From Lama guanicoe (taxonomy: Eukaryota), in contig MU054400.1 of the NCBI GenBank assembly GCA_013239625.1, positions 1,347,146 through 1,411,145 of the forward strand: 64,000 bases of DNA. Reading direction: 5' to 3'. Made by a program: the position numbers and the translations under genes. The notes under the pieces were generated by a model, which was given only the letters and a program-made list of their open reading frames with translations, made no database searches and was not told the DNA's origin. Positions 13,122-23,323 of this stretch are shown one piece after another. The number at the start of each line of letters is the position of its first letter. Position 1 is the stretch's first letter.

Positions 13122-13949
13122 TTCTCAGACCTCTGTGCCTTCAGAGTAGTCTCCTCAGACTGGTAGTCCCCTCCAGACGTTGCCTGCATCAGTCTGTCCC
13201 CTCAGATCGGCCCTTCCAAACAGGACCCCTTCAGCAGCGTGCTCCAGACCGGCCTCTGCCGGACTAAACCTGTCACACAGGCCCTCTCAGACCCACTCAC
13301 CTTCGGATTCGCCTTCCCCATCAGAGTGATCCTGTCAGATAAAGTCCCTTACAGCCTCTCTCCTCAAGACTGGCTCCATCAGACTCCCCTCCTCAGACCT
13401 CCTTCCCCTCTGCCATCCTCTGAGGAGAGGGAGGGATGTGAGGATTATACTGCAACCCTTCTTGCCCCCGGGGCTTTAGCCCTACATCCCCAGGCAGGTG
13501 CTACCATCTGAGGGTCATATCTCTATCTGTCCACGTCCAGTAGCTTTCGGCTGCGGGCAGACTGAACACGAGGGCCTCAAGCCGTAAAGACACACAGGTG
13601 CAGGACACAGGGCTGGGTTTGGAGCCAAGCATTCTGTTCTCTCCATGTGAGAATGAACTTTCTCGGAGCCCCAGCCTAGGGAGTTAGTGAGCTCACTGGC
13701 TCTGGGGAGCTCTCAAAGCCAGAGGCCGCAGGGAGGCATTCCTGCCGGGTGTCTGCTCACCACCTCCCTCTCTCCTCTCCTGGCCCGCTGCTGGGAGGCA
13801 GCCGTGGATGTGTGTGCTGATAGCTGCCTGCCCAGGAGAATGAAGGGCAGGCGGGCGGCCGAGAGAGGGCAGCAGAAGCCAGGACAGCCCCCGGCTCAGG
13901 CCAGAGAGCAGAGCAGCCACAGGCAGGGGTCTGGACCAGGGCAGGAGCA

Positions 13950-14340
13950 CACAGAGAAGGGCAAAGAGAGGGAACTGCCAGAGTCAGGGAAGAGGAACAG
14001 AGACACAGCTGGGGACAGGGACACACACACACAAACACACAGAGATAGAAACACAGAGAGAGAGACACAGAGACTCTTAGATGGGGACCAACCCCCAGAG
14101 ACAGAGGGAGGAAGGCAGAAAAAGAGAAGATTGAGAGACAGGGAGGAGGACAGAGGCAGAGACAGGGCTGGAGACAGAGAGAGAGAGATGGTGAGAGAGA
14201 CAGAGGGCGGCAGAGATAGGAGATGAAGACATCCAGAGAAACACAAGGACAGGGACCAGGACAAAGACATGCTCAGAGACAGGCATAGGACAGAGACAGA
14301 GACAAGAAGGTGTTCAGCGAGAAGAGGACGGGCCAGAGAC
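13950..14340. repeat. GA/CA-rich low-complexity tract
   Basis: gagaca/cagaga repeats. Confidence 0.75.
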
Positions 14341-16589
14341 AAGTCAGTGTTACAGGAACAGGGCCCAGAGGAGGGTTCCCATCCCCAGTGCACCTTGAGG
14401 AGCAAGGAGAACTAGTGAGCTGAGAGGCTGGGCTGCGATGCACACCCGACCTGGGATCCAACCCCCTCCAAGCAGTGCACATCCTCCCACCCCCTCCCCA
14501 ACAACACCAGCAGTGTTTTAATTCTCCAGGTTCTGATTTTTGCCCTAAGAACTAATTCTTTAGTCATCCCCAGCACCCCGGAGCCACAATGAGATACAAC
14601 AGATATGGAGGGCCAGCACTCGGAAGCAGCTGCAGACCACAGTCAAGACCCTCCAAGGCCAGCAGCCTCTGTGGGGTCGAGGGCCAAGACCCACAGGGAG
14701 AGATGACCACTCCCAGGCCCACGTCCAGTCTGGCCAGAGGCAATGACACTGCGCCTCCAGCCACCTCGGGGCTTGGGACAGGGCTGGGTCTCTCCCTTGG
14801 GGTTGGGGGCAGGGAGATGCCCCAGTCCTCCTCTCCGTTGGCCTCTGAGGCTCCAGCAGGCCCCCTCCCCTCCTTCTCCTCCCCAGGCCCCACATAATTG
14901 CTTTCCCATGTTGCTAATGGAGGCCAGATTGCTGATGCCCAAGCCCTGGGTGGGCAGCGGGTGGGTCAGGGCTGACCAAGGCTCTCAAGGCAGGAAGGCA
15001 GCACAGGCCAGAGACCTCCTAATTTCTGTCCCCCTAAGACAAGGACAGGGAAGCGGGGAGGCTCAGGCCCACCCCAGGAATACAATGTCCTTCACCCCCT
15101 ATTCCCCTCACCCCTGCTGGACCTGGAGTGCAGGTTTCAGACCCGAGCCACACCTCACAGAGACCAGACAGGCAGAACTGGGGGTCCAGGCCACAGAGAC
15201 AGGTCCACAGCCCTTCTCAGGATGTCCTTCCTGGGAGCCTCTTCCGGTGAACGAGGAGCCACGTGATCCCACAGCTGGGGCTGCTCAGCTTGAAAAGCCA
15301 CAGGCCTCCACCCTGACACCAGGCCTTTGCTTTCCACAGCATCTCCCGCCTGGAACATGCTTCTCCTCTTCTAGTGCCCGGCCTAGAGGAGAGCCAGCCA
15401 CCTCCACTCTGAGCCCCCCACCCACTTGGAGTCCTGTCCAGGCCTGACTCATTGATGCTCCTGGCACCGTGAATCCCTCCTCCCAGGGCATCATCCCAGG
15501 CAGGTGGTGAAACCAGCAAGGAACGCCCATTTTCTGACCCTGGTCTGTGGAGGAGGGTTTGAATCAGAGTGCATGTGTGACATGGGGGGGAGCGGTATGG
15601 TTAGTGGTGGTGTGGTGCTCAGTGCCTGCTGGGTGTGCATGGGCCAGCATGTTCATGGCTTCGACTCCACTTCTCTCCTTGCTCCAGCCGCCCAGAACAC
15701 AGCCAAGCCTGGCTCCCAGGTTGGGGCTCTGGCCTAACCCTTTGCCCTCAGCCCCAGGCCAGAGGTGCCTGCCAACTTGGCCCCAGCCTCAGGCATTCTC
15801 AGCCAAGGAGCTGCAGGGAGGTGGCTCCTACAAGAGGGGCTGGACCTGAGTGGGTCGGAGGCAGCCAGGGGCCCCTCCTCTGAGGAGAAATCAAAAAGAA
15901 CCTGGAGTCCCAGTTTAGGGACTGGAAGGGTGTGGACAGGGTGCGGAGCTGGACCAAAGACCAAGTACCTTGTAAAGCCAAAGCCCATTCCTCCCCCACT
16001 CACACTGAGTCCTGACTGCAATCTAACCCTGGGGTAAACCTTATACTCCACACTTCCCGTCCTGAAGCACGAGTCCAGTTCCTAGTCGCAAGCCAAGTGG
16101 CCTCCTTCAAGAAGCCTCCCTCCCTGCCCCGGCCCAGGCCACTCTGCACTCTGGGCCCTGGCTGAGTCCCAGGCCTGACCTGATAGAACCCTGGGTCTCC
16201 AGGATGGCAGGGATACGAGCCCTCCACCCCGAGGCGGAAGTCTGGCCTCCTCCCTCTTGCATCTCTCCCCCATGGGTACCCTTAGTGCTGCCCGGATTCA
16301 GCAGCCTCTGGGGCTGAGGGATGCGCCCAAGTGGGGCCTGCCGTGCTGGGACCCCTCATCCCCCAACAGCTCTGGCCCTGGCCTCCAGGGCGTCCTACCC
16401 TCCAAAGACGCTGAAAGCCTCATCCCCAGACACAGCTGCCTGAGAGCAGAACTGCCTCCCCCACCTCTCTGGAGAGAGGTGACTCTCTCCAACCCCAGTT
16501 CCTTTCCTCCTCCAGGCCTGGAAGGGGAGGAATCCGGGGAGGAATCCTGGGAGGCGGGCTACCCTCCCAAAGTGGGTCTGTTCCGAGGA

Positions 16590-17236
16590 CTCATGAAATG
16601 GTGACGTTTAATGAGAACTCCCCCACCCCCCACCCCTGTATATACATCTATAAAAAATTCAAATACAGCAAGTTACCATTGAGTCAGACTAGAAGGGACT
16701 GACAGGGCATTAAATACTGTGGGGAAGGAGGAGGAAAAGGGGAGGGTCGTACAAAATAGGGGCAGAGGTGGGGGACTGAAAAGTGTGGACACTGGGGGGA
16801 GGGGGATGGCTGGGCCCCCCCAGCATCAGGAGCTTATAATCTGATGGTGGCAACAGAGACCCTGGGACAGACAGGAGGCTGGGGCAGGAGGAGAAATGAT
16901 GGATGTGAGGGGCTCCCCTCAGGCCCCCCAAGGGCTCCTGGGAGTCGCTGGCATTGGAGGGTCCAGCCCGAGGGGGCAGGTTCGGGATGGGGGGGTCTTT
17001 GGTGGGTGGGTTAGCTGCACAGCCCCCTTCCCTGAGGAAGGGAGGAGGGGCAGCATGGTGTGGCAGGGCTGGGGGCGGCAGGCCCGGGCCTGCCGGGGTC
17101 TCTACAAATTGTGTCTGAAGAGAATGCAGAAGGTCCTCCTGCCCGTGTGCAAAATAGAAACCGGGGTCTTCGGGCTCAGTGCCGGCCTCTTGCTCCTCTG
17201 CAGGTGCGCTGGCATGTCCTCACGGGATGCCGGGCT
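16590..17236 (-). other. CNTFR: CNTFR exon 10: last base (A) of the TGA stop plus about 650 nt of 3' UTR; 3' end approximate
   Basis: Pyrimidine tract and cag|AGCCCGG acceptor at 17236 complete TG|A; ATTAAA signal at 16612-16607. Confidence 0.88.
16607..16612 (-). terminator. CNTFR polyadenylation signal ATTAAA
   Basis: Plus-strand tttaat, lying 3' (in transcript sense) of a U-rich/TGTA-containing segment at the end of the 3' UTR. Confidence 0.8.
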
Positions 17237-17326
17237 CTGGGGAGACAGGGCAGGGTGCTGTGAGGGACGAGGGTGGAGTGGGGGCCCCTCAGGCTCCCCC
17301 CGGCTGCCCAGCCTCATTCGACTTAC

Positions 17327-17495
17327 CAGATCAGGAGACTGCTGGCAGTGGCGGCAGCGGCAGCCAGGGCCAGAGTGACAGGGACACTGATGAAGAGGGG
17401 TGCTGAGGGCCCTCCACCGCTGCCCAGCTCCCCAGGGTCACAGATCTTCGTGGTGGGCGGGGGGGCCAGTGAGCTGGTGGTGCTGGTCGTGGTCT
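17327..17495 (-). CDS. CNTFR: CNTFR exon 9 (169 nt), Ser/Thr stalk and GPI-anchor signal ETTTSTTSSLAPPPTTKICDPGELGSGGGPSAPLFISVPVTLALAAAAATASSLLI, ending in the TG of the stop codon
   Basis: ORF 17323..17571(-); cag|AG acceptor, TG|gtaagt donor. Confidence 0.96.
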
Positions 17496-17851
17496 CTGGG
17501 GAACATGGGGGAAACTCAGGGCAGGGCCAGAGCCAGAGTCCCACCCAGGTCGGGGGCTTCATGAGGCACACCGTTCCTGCTTCCTGTGTCAGACTGGTGC
17601 TGCCTCCCCCATCAGACAGTCCCTGCCTCCTCTCTCAGACTTGCCCTGCCTCACCTATCCGGCAGATCCTGCTTCCCCAAGTCCCACACATACCCTGGTC
17701 CCGACCAACAATGTCCAGACAGCAAGGACCAGGAACAGCAGGTGCTGGACAGACCAATGGGAGTGTGACAGCCATACAGAGTGTGGAGACCCCTGGCGCA
17801 GAGGCTCCAAGTGCCAAGAGGAGCTGGAGGGAGCGCAGGGGGTGGGCTCAC

Positions 17852-18032
17852 CGGGGGCCTGGGCCTCGGTGGTGAGGTGTCGTGGCTCCTCAGTCCAGGG
17901 CGTGGCATGGGCAGCCACGCTCCAGTCACTCCAGGTCCCAATCTCATTGTCCTTGGCCGCCACCTGGATGATGTACTCCTTCCCCGCGTAGGCGTCTGTG
18001 ATGGTGTGCGCTGTGCCGTCCGACAGCTCCAC
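17852..18032 (-). CDS. CNTFR: CNTFR exon 8 (181 nt), VELSDGTAHTITDAYAGKEYIIQVAAKDNEIGTWSDWSVAAHATPWTEEPRHLTTEAQAP, with the WSxWS motif
   Basis: ORF 17655..18032(-); cag|GTG acceptor, G|gtgagc donor. Confidence 0.97.
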
Positions 18033-18489
18033 CTGCAGCCAGATGGTGGGGTGGGGGAAATACGGGCAGATGGACTCTGGGGGTCAGGGCAGTGAGGCCC
18101 CCCCGGAAGAAGTGGGAACACTTGTGGGGAGAGAGGACTGAAAACACTCCTGGAGGGGATAAAGACTTCCGTGGTGGGTGAGGGGGCACACACGGACATT
18201 GAGAATATTCCCACAGGAGAGTAAAGACATCTCAGGAAGGAGACCCCCCAGGGAGGGAAGACAGTCCTGAGTGAGGATCATCTGTCTTTAAGGAGATTGG
18301 AAGCACCCTGAGGGGAGAATAAGGAGGACTTGGCCCCAGTGTCTCCACCTTGCTGTCACCGCAGCTCTCTCACTGACCCTAGCCTGAGTCCAGCTGGAGG
18401 GGACAAGAGTAATGGGGTGAGAGAAGGAATGGTGTTGAGCTGCCATCTCCCACCCCATCAAGAAGCAGTTTAGAGGGAAGGTTACAAAC

Positions 18490-18690
18490 ACAGACAGGGA
18501 GCCAGGCTGCCTGAGTCCAAATTTTGGCTCCATCCCCTACTAGCTAGGTGACTAAGTTACTTAACTTCCACATGCCTTGCGGTCCTCATCTGTAAAATGG
18601 CGTTAACGATCTCTCCCACAGGGTTGTAATGAGGACCCAGGCACATGGTAAGCACCGAGCAGACTTCAGCCAGCTCTGTCATCATCATGG
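18490..18690. mobile_element. MIR SINE
   Basis: aagttacttaacttc...cctcatctgtaaaatgg...cagggttgtaatgagga core. Confidence 0.65.
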
Positions 18691-21461
18691 GTTCCGGCTC
18701 AGAGCCTGGGCTCCCAGATGCCCAGCGCACCCACCAGCCTGGCCCCAGCTGGGCCTCCCCCTCAGGAAGGCCTCACTGCGGTTATCGCCCTGCCTGAGGA
18801 GGAAAAGGGGCAGGGAGGGGGCAGCTCCCGGGGCGGCAGGACAGGAGACAGCTGCTCCATTTCCTCCTGGAAGCATCGCCACTGCCCCCAGCCCTGCCCC
18901 GGCCAGCTCCATCCTGCTGGTCTCCCCCCAGCCTCCAGGCTGGCCTGCCTGTCCGGCGCCCCTCCCAGGCCCAGGCTGGGCTCTGGTTCATCTCAGCGGC
19001 ACCCGCTGCCTCATTAAGCCGCCTCGTAAACAGGGGCAGCCGGCAGGGGCGGAGGAGGGGCCGCTGTGGGCCACGTCTGGCTTCAGGGCTTTTTGGTCCC
19101 TGTTCCAGTCTTCCCCCAAGAAAACCAGGGTCTGGGCTACCTGACCAGACAGGCTGTGAGCACATGTACGTGTGTATGTGTATCCACGTATGTGCGGCTG
19201 GGTCCCAGTGGAGTAGGAAACTCTCCCCATCCCCCCAAGGTCTGTGGCCCTGAGGTGGAAGGTAGTGCTACAGGCCAGGGTCAGGGTGAGAGCCCTTCTG
19301 GGCCCAGACCTGGGCTCAGGAAGTCCTCCTACCAGCCCTGGAAGATCAGTGGGCCCCAGAGGCCCTCCACTCCTGGAGTTGGGGCCCAGTTCCACCTCCG
19401 GCCCCCAGTTCCCTTTGGCTCTGCAAAGACCCCCTCTGGCTGAGCAACCCCAGCTCATTCGGCTCCTTCTCCCTCTTGCCAGGATTTGGCCACCGGCCCC
19501 TTCTTGGATTCTGTCCCCCAGATCTCCACATCTATCTTTCCCCAAAATGAGAGAGCCATGGGGAGCAGATCAAATTAGCACATCATTGGTGGACTTACAG
19601 TGGGCAACCATACCTCCAGGAATGTGGTCTAGGAGCCCAATGCTCTCCCGGAAGCTACATCTCCTAGGCCTGCGCCTTTCTTCCTAGGTTGTCACTAATC
19701 TCTTAATCCACCCCCTTAAAAGAATGGCTCCACAACTGGCAGGAATTCCCTGGTTGCTGGCATCTGCCTTGCTGAGGCATCCTCCATCCAGTCTGCGGCA
19801 GCAGATGTCAAACATGCCCTCGAGGCCTTCCTGCTGAGTTAGGCCCACAGCAGAAGATGCAGGGAACCCAGGCTCGCCCAGCACTCGCTCCCCCATGCAT
19901 ACCGAGACAGCCCCTGTCAGGCCTCACGGTGCCCATTCCTGTGCAACTTCTGGCCTGCCTCTCTCACTTCCTCCTGAAAATCCAAGTGATGTTTTCCGCT
20001 CTCCCCTCCACACTCCCTCCCAATCATACACCTGCCTCTCTCCAAGATTAAGGATCAGGGAGAGTAGATTCTGTTTAGAGCAAAATACAAGTTCAAAAGA
20101 GCCATAAATCTAGCCAACCCCAATGCCAATGTGACACGGAACAGGGCTAACATGTGCCACAGGCCAGGCATGTTCTTGACACGGAGCCCGTGTATTTTGC
20201 TTTGCCCATGTAAGTGTGGAGGTCAGTTCTGCCCATGGTGCGTGCCAGGATGTGGTCTTGGCATGTTAGTCACAGGCATGTAGGGATCATGGTTCCTGCT
20301 GGGGACCACGTGTGTGCGTGCATGTTCCCGTGTGTGTGTGTGGTGGGCAGTGTGCCAGGTCCACTGCAAGGCGTGTGCGCCGCGACGCGCAGGGCTGCTG
20401 CCTGTAGCTCGTTAGCAGGGGAGGGGGGCTTGTGAAACTAGACCCTGGTTATTAGCAATGCATTAGTCGCGGGCAGCTAGCCAGGCGGGAGGGACTCCGG
20501 ACTCTGTCAGGGAACATATGAGCAGCCTTTGTTGGGGCCAGGCCTGCAACCAGGACAGGCGCCCTAGAATCGAATTACGCACTTTAAAGACCAGCCTGGA
20601 GAGGGGCATGAGGAGGTGGGGCTGGAACCTGGTGGACTTGAGGGGGAAACAGGTTGACCCTGGGTGCCAACTTGGGTTGCCCTGGGGAGCACCCTCCCAG
20701 CCCCAGTCCAAGCCCACAGACCTCAGAGGCCACACAGCACCCACAACCCTATGGGCCCCAGGGTTCGCAAGGAGAGAGAAACCCAAGTCTGCCCCAAACC
20801 CCTGGCTGCTCCCCAGAGCTCTCTATTGTAGCTTGATCAACATTCCAGACCACAGCCTGACCCCATACCACCCTCTTCCACTGCTCGGTTCCTGGCCCAT
20901 ACCACCTTCTGATCCATAACTTGAAGTTGACCTCTAAGCTAGACTTGACTTTGGAGCCATGACACTAGTCATGGCCTGAGATCACACCCTGGACGAAGCT
21001 TGACTCCACTGCCTGATTCTGACCCCCTGCTCCCATCTGTGAGCCCTTGACGACAGGGACTATCCTGCCCCTTGGGCCCAGCACAGGCCCAGAGTGTAAG
21101 AGGGAGATGTCTGATCAGGGCTGAGAGCCAGATGTAAGAAAAGAGAAACATTGCCTGCCCTGCCTGCCATCTGCCTCCTTGCATTTCTCTCCACTGCCCT
21201 GGGGAGCCACAGAGATAGATGTGTTCCCAATGCCCTAATGAGGGTCACTGGGAACCCCTAAGGGCCTTAGATCAGGACATTTCCTTCAGCTGCATCCATC
21301 CTTCCAGGCCCACCTGGCCCCTTCTTCCCCAAGAAAGCCTCTCTGACTGCCCTCATGCTCACATTGGAGCAGCTATAGCAGTAGGGATATGAGGACCTCC
21401 CATGCCGTGTGGCTCTGATTCAGGCTCTCGGGATCTGGGCAGGGCAAGGGAGGGCACTCAC

Positions 21462-21625
21462 ATGCTGCCACTGGTCCAGGATGAGGGGTCGATAGCGCAG
21501 AAAGAACTTGAGAGGAAAGGACTCAGGGTCAGGCCAAGTTGAGGGGGTCTGCCATGTCACCTCTAGCCGGCGAGGGTTGCTGGGCACTGGCCGGGCTACC
21601 ACGTTTTCTGGAGGGTCAGGCTTCA
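21462..21625 (-). CDS. CNTFR: CNTFR exon 7 (164 nt), VKPDPPENVVARPVPSNPRRLEVTWQTPSTWPDPESFPLKFFLRYRPLILDQWQH
   Basis: ORF 21420..21626(-); cag|TG acceptor, CAT|gtgagt donor. Confidence 0.97.
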
Positions 21626-22209
21626 CTGTTTAGTAAACACAGGTTCATTACCACACTGATCTCTGAGAACAACCCCACTTTGTCAACCCCAGCCACCGTC
21701 AACCAATGCACATCGTCAATCATCATCACCACCATGGTCGCCATCGCTCTTCTCTGTTGTCAGTTCTGGCAACCACCACTAACGGCCATCTCATTACTCC
21801 ACCTTTCACATTCCTGTCATCACCAATGACTGTCACTGTAGTCACTGTCACCAGCTCATGATCTCAGCATCATAAATTTCATCCCGTCATCCCAACCCCA
21901 TCCTCATGATGACCAGCATCCCAACTACTAAGCCTCCATCCTTCTCTACCATCACCCCATCATCACCGGGACCACTCCCTCCGGCCTCATACACTCCCCG
22001 CAAGCCTGGCTTTTCACCGCAGCTTTTCCACTTCCCAACTTGGACACATCCTCTCTTTAAAGAATCTGAGTTTGAAGCTGCTCTGTGGGTCAAGATTAAA
22101 AGACAGCCCACAGGTGGTACAGATTCGGGTAGGAAGTAGGCTGAGGATCTGACGGGAACATTCCAGGGCCCACTCATGTAGAAACAGTCTGGCTGGGGAC
22201 TCAGCCATG

Positions 22210-22470
22210 GAGTGGGATGGGATGGGGCAGGCAAGGGGTCTGGCTGGGATGGGGCAGGGGGAGGCAGAGGGTCTGGCTGGGATGGGGCAGGGGCAGGGGC
22301 AGGCAGAGGGTCTGGCNNNNNNNNNNNNNNNNNNNNNNNNNNNNNNNNNNNNNNNNNNNNNNNNNNNNNNNNNNNNNNNNNNTGGGAGGGGGAAGGGGAA
22401 GGGGCAGGCAGAGGGTCTGGCTGGGATGGGGCAGGGGCAGGCAGAGGGTCTGGCTGGGATGGGGGTTGGG
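22210..22470. repeat. G-rich minisatellite, unit about 33 bp (GGGTCTGGCTGGGATGGGGCAGGGGCAGGCAGA), interrupted by an assembly gap
   Basis: At least five near-identical copies flank the N run. Confidence 0.9.
22317..22382. other. Assembly gap (66 N) in CNTFR intron 6
   Basis: Run of N. Confidence 1.
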
Positions 22471-22865
22471 GAGAAGGCAGTATCTGTCCCAGTCCTGTCT
22501 CCTGTTCTGACACCTCATTCATCACAGGCCGTAAGGAAGCCATTAGCATGGGGGGGTGGAGGCTGCAGCTGCACAAGGGTCTGGCCCAGCCTGCCCCCCT
22601 CCCCCTCCTGCATGCTCTGGGAGCCAGAGAGACGATGGGGAGAGCTGCTGGAGAGGTCTCTCGGCCCCTGCAGGTAAAGGACACTCACTAAAATGTTCAC
22701 AGGTATATACATGCCATGTGTACATGGACACGTTAATATACCATGCCACATATACCAGTGCACTCAGGTGAACATTGCCACCAATGCTCACATACACCTC
22801 TGGCAAACATCTGCTCACACTCCCACTGGCATATGCCGCAGGGATTTTCCACCCCTTCCACGCAC

Positions 22866-23032
22866 CAATGGTGAACTCGTCGAAGGTGATGGCGGTGGCG
22901 TTGTGGCCCAGGGCATTACTGACACTTATGGAGACCTTGTACTTGACGGTGGAGAACAGGTGCATGTAGCGGATGTGGCAGCGGTTCTTGAGGGCTGGGT
23001 CCTTCTCACAGACCATAATTTTGGAGCCATGC
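22866..23032 (-). CDS. CNTFR: CNTFR exon 6 (167 nt), HGSKIMVCEKDPALKNRCHIRYMHLFSTVKYKVSISVSNALGHNATAITFDEFTI
   Basis: Lies within ORF 22543..23205(-); cag|G acceptor, G|gtgcgt donor. Confidence 0.97.
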
Positions 23033-23158
23033 CTGGAGAGGGGTGAAGCCCAGGCACTGTTACCAACATCAAGGGGCAGGTAGGGCAGAGGTTGGGGGAA
23101 GGTCAAGCCCAAGGCTGGGCTAGAGTCTGGACAGAGGGCACGGAGGGGCTGGGGGGAG

Positions 23159-23171
23159 AGGTCAGAGATCA
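23159..23171 (+). promoter_or_regulatory. DR1 nuclear-receptor element AGGTCA-G-AGATCA in CNTFR intron 5
   Basis: Read directly; extra half-sites at 23100-23105 and 23183-23188. Confidence 0.6.
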
Positions 23172-23205
23172 GGGTTGGAACCGGGTCACAGGCGCGTCTA
23201 CTCAC

Positions 23206-23323
23206 AGTACAGTCACATTGAAGGTGTTGGGGATGTAGGTGGGAGCAGGCAGATGCCAGCTGCAGTAGAAGCCCTTGGGGTAAGTATTGGAGCGGCAGCT
23301 GAGCACGGGCTCCCTCGGGGGCA
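23206..23323 (-). CDS. CNTFR: CNTFR exon 5 (118 nt), LPPREPVLSCRSNTYPKGFYCSWHLPAPTYIPNTFNVTVL
   Basis: Manual translation of the reverse complement; cag|TG acceptor, CT|gtgagt donor; cytokine-receptor C..CxW motif. Confidence 0.96.
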
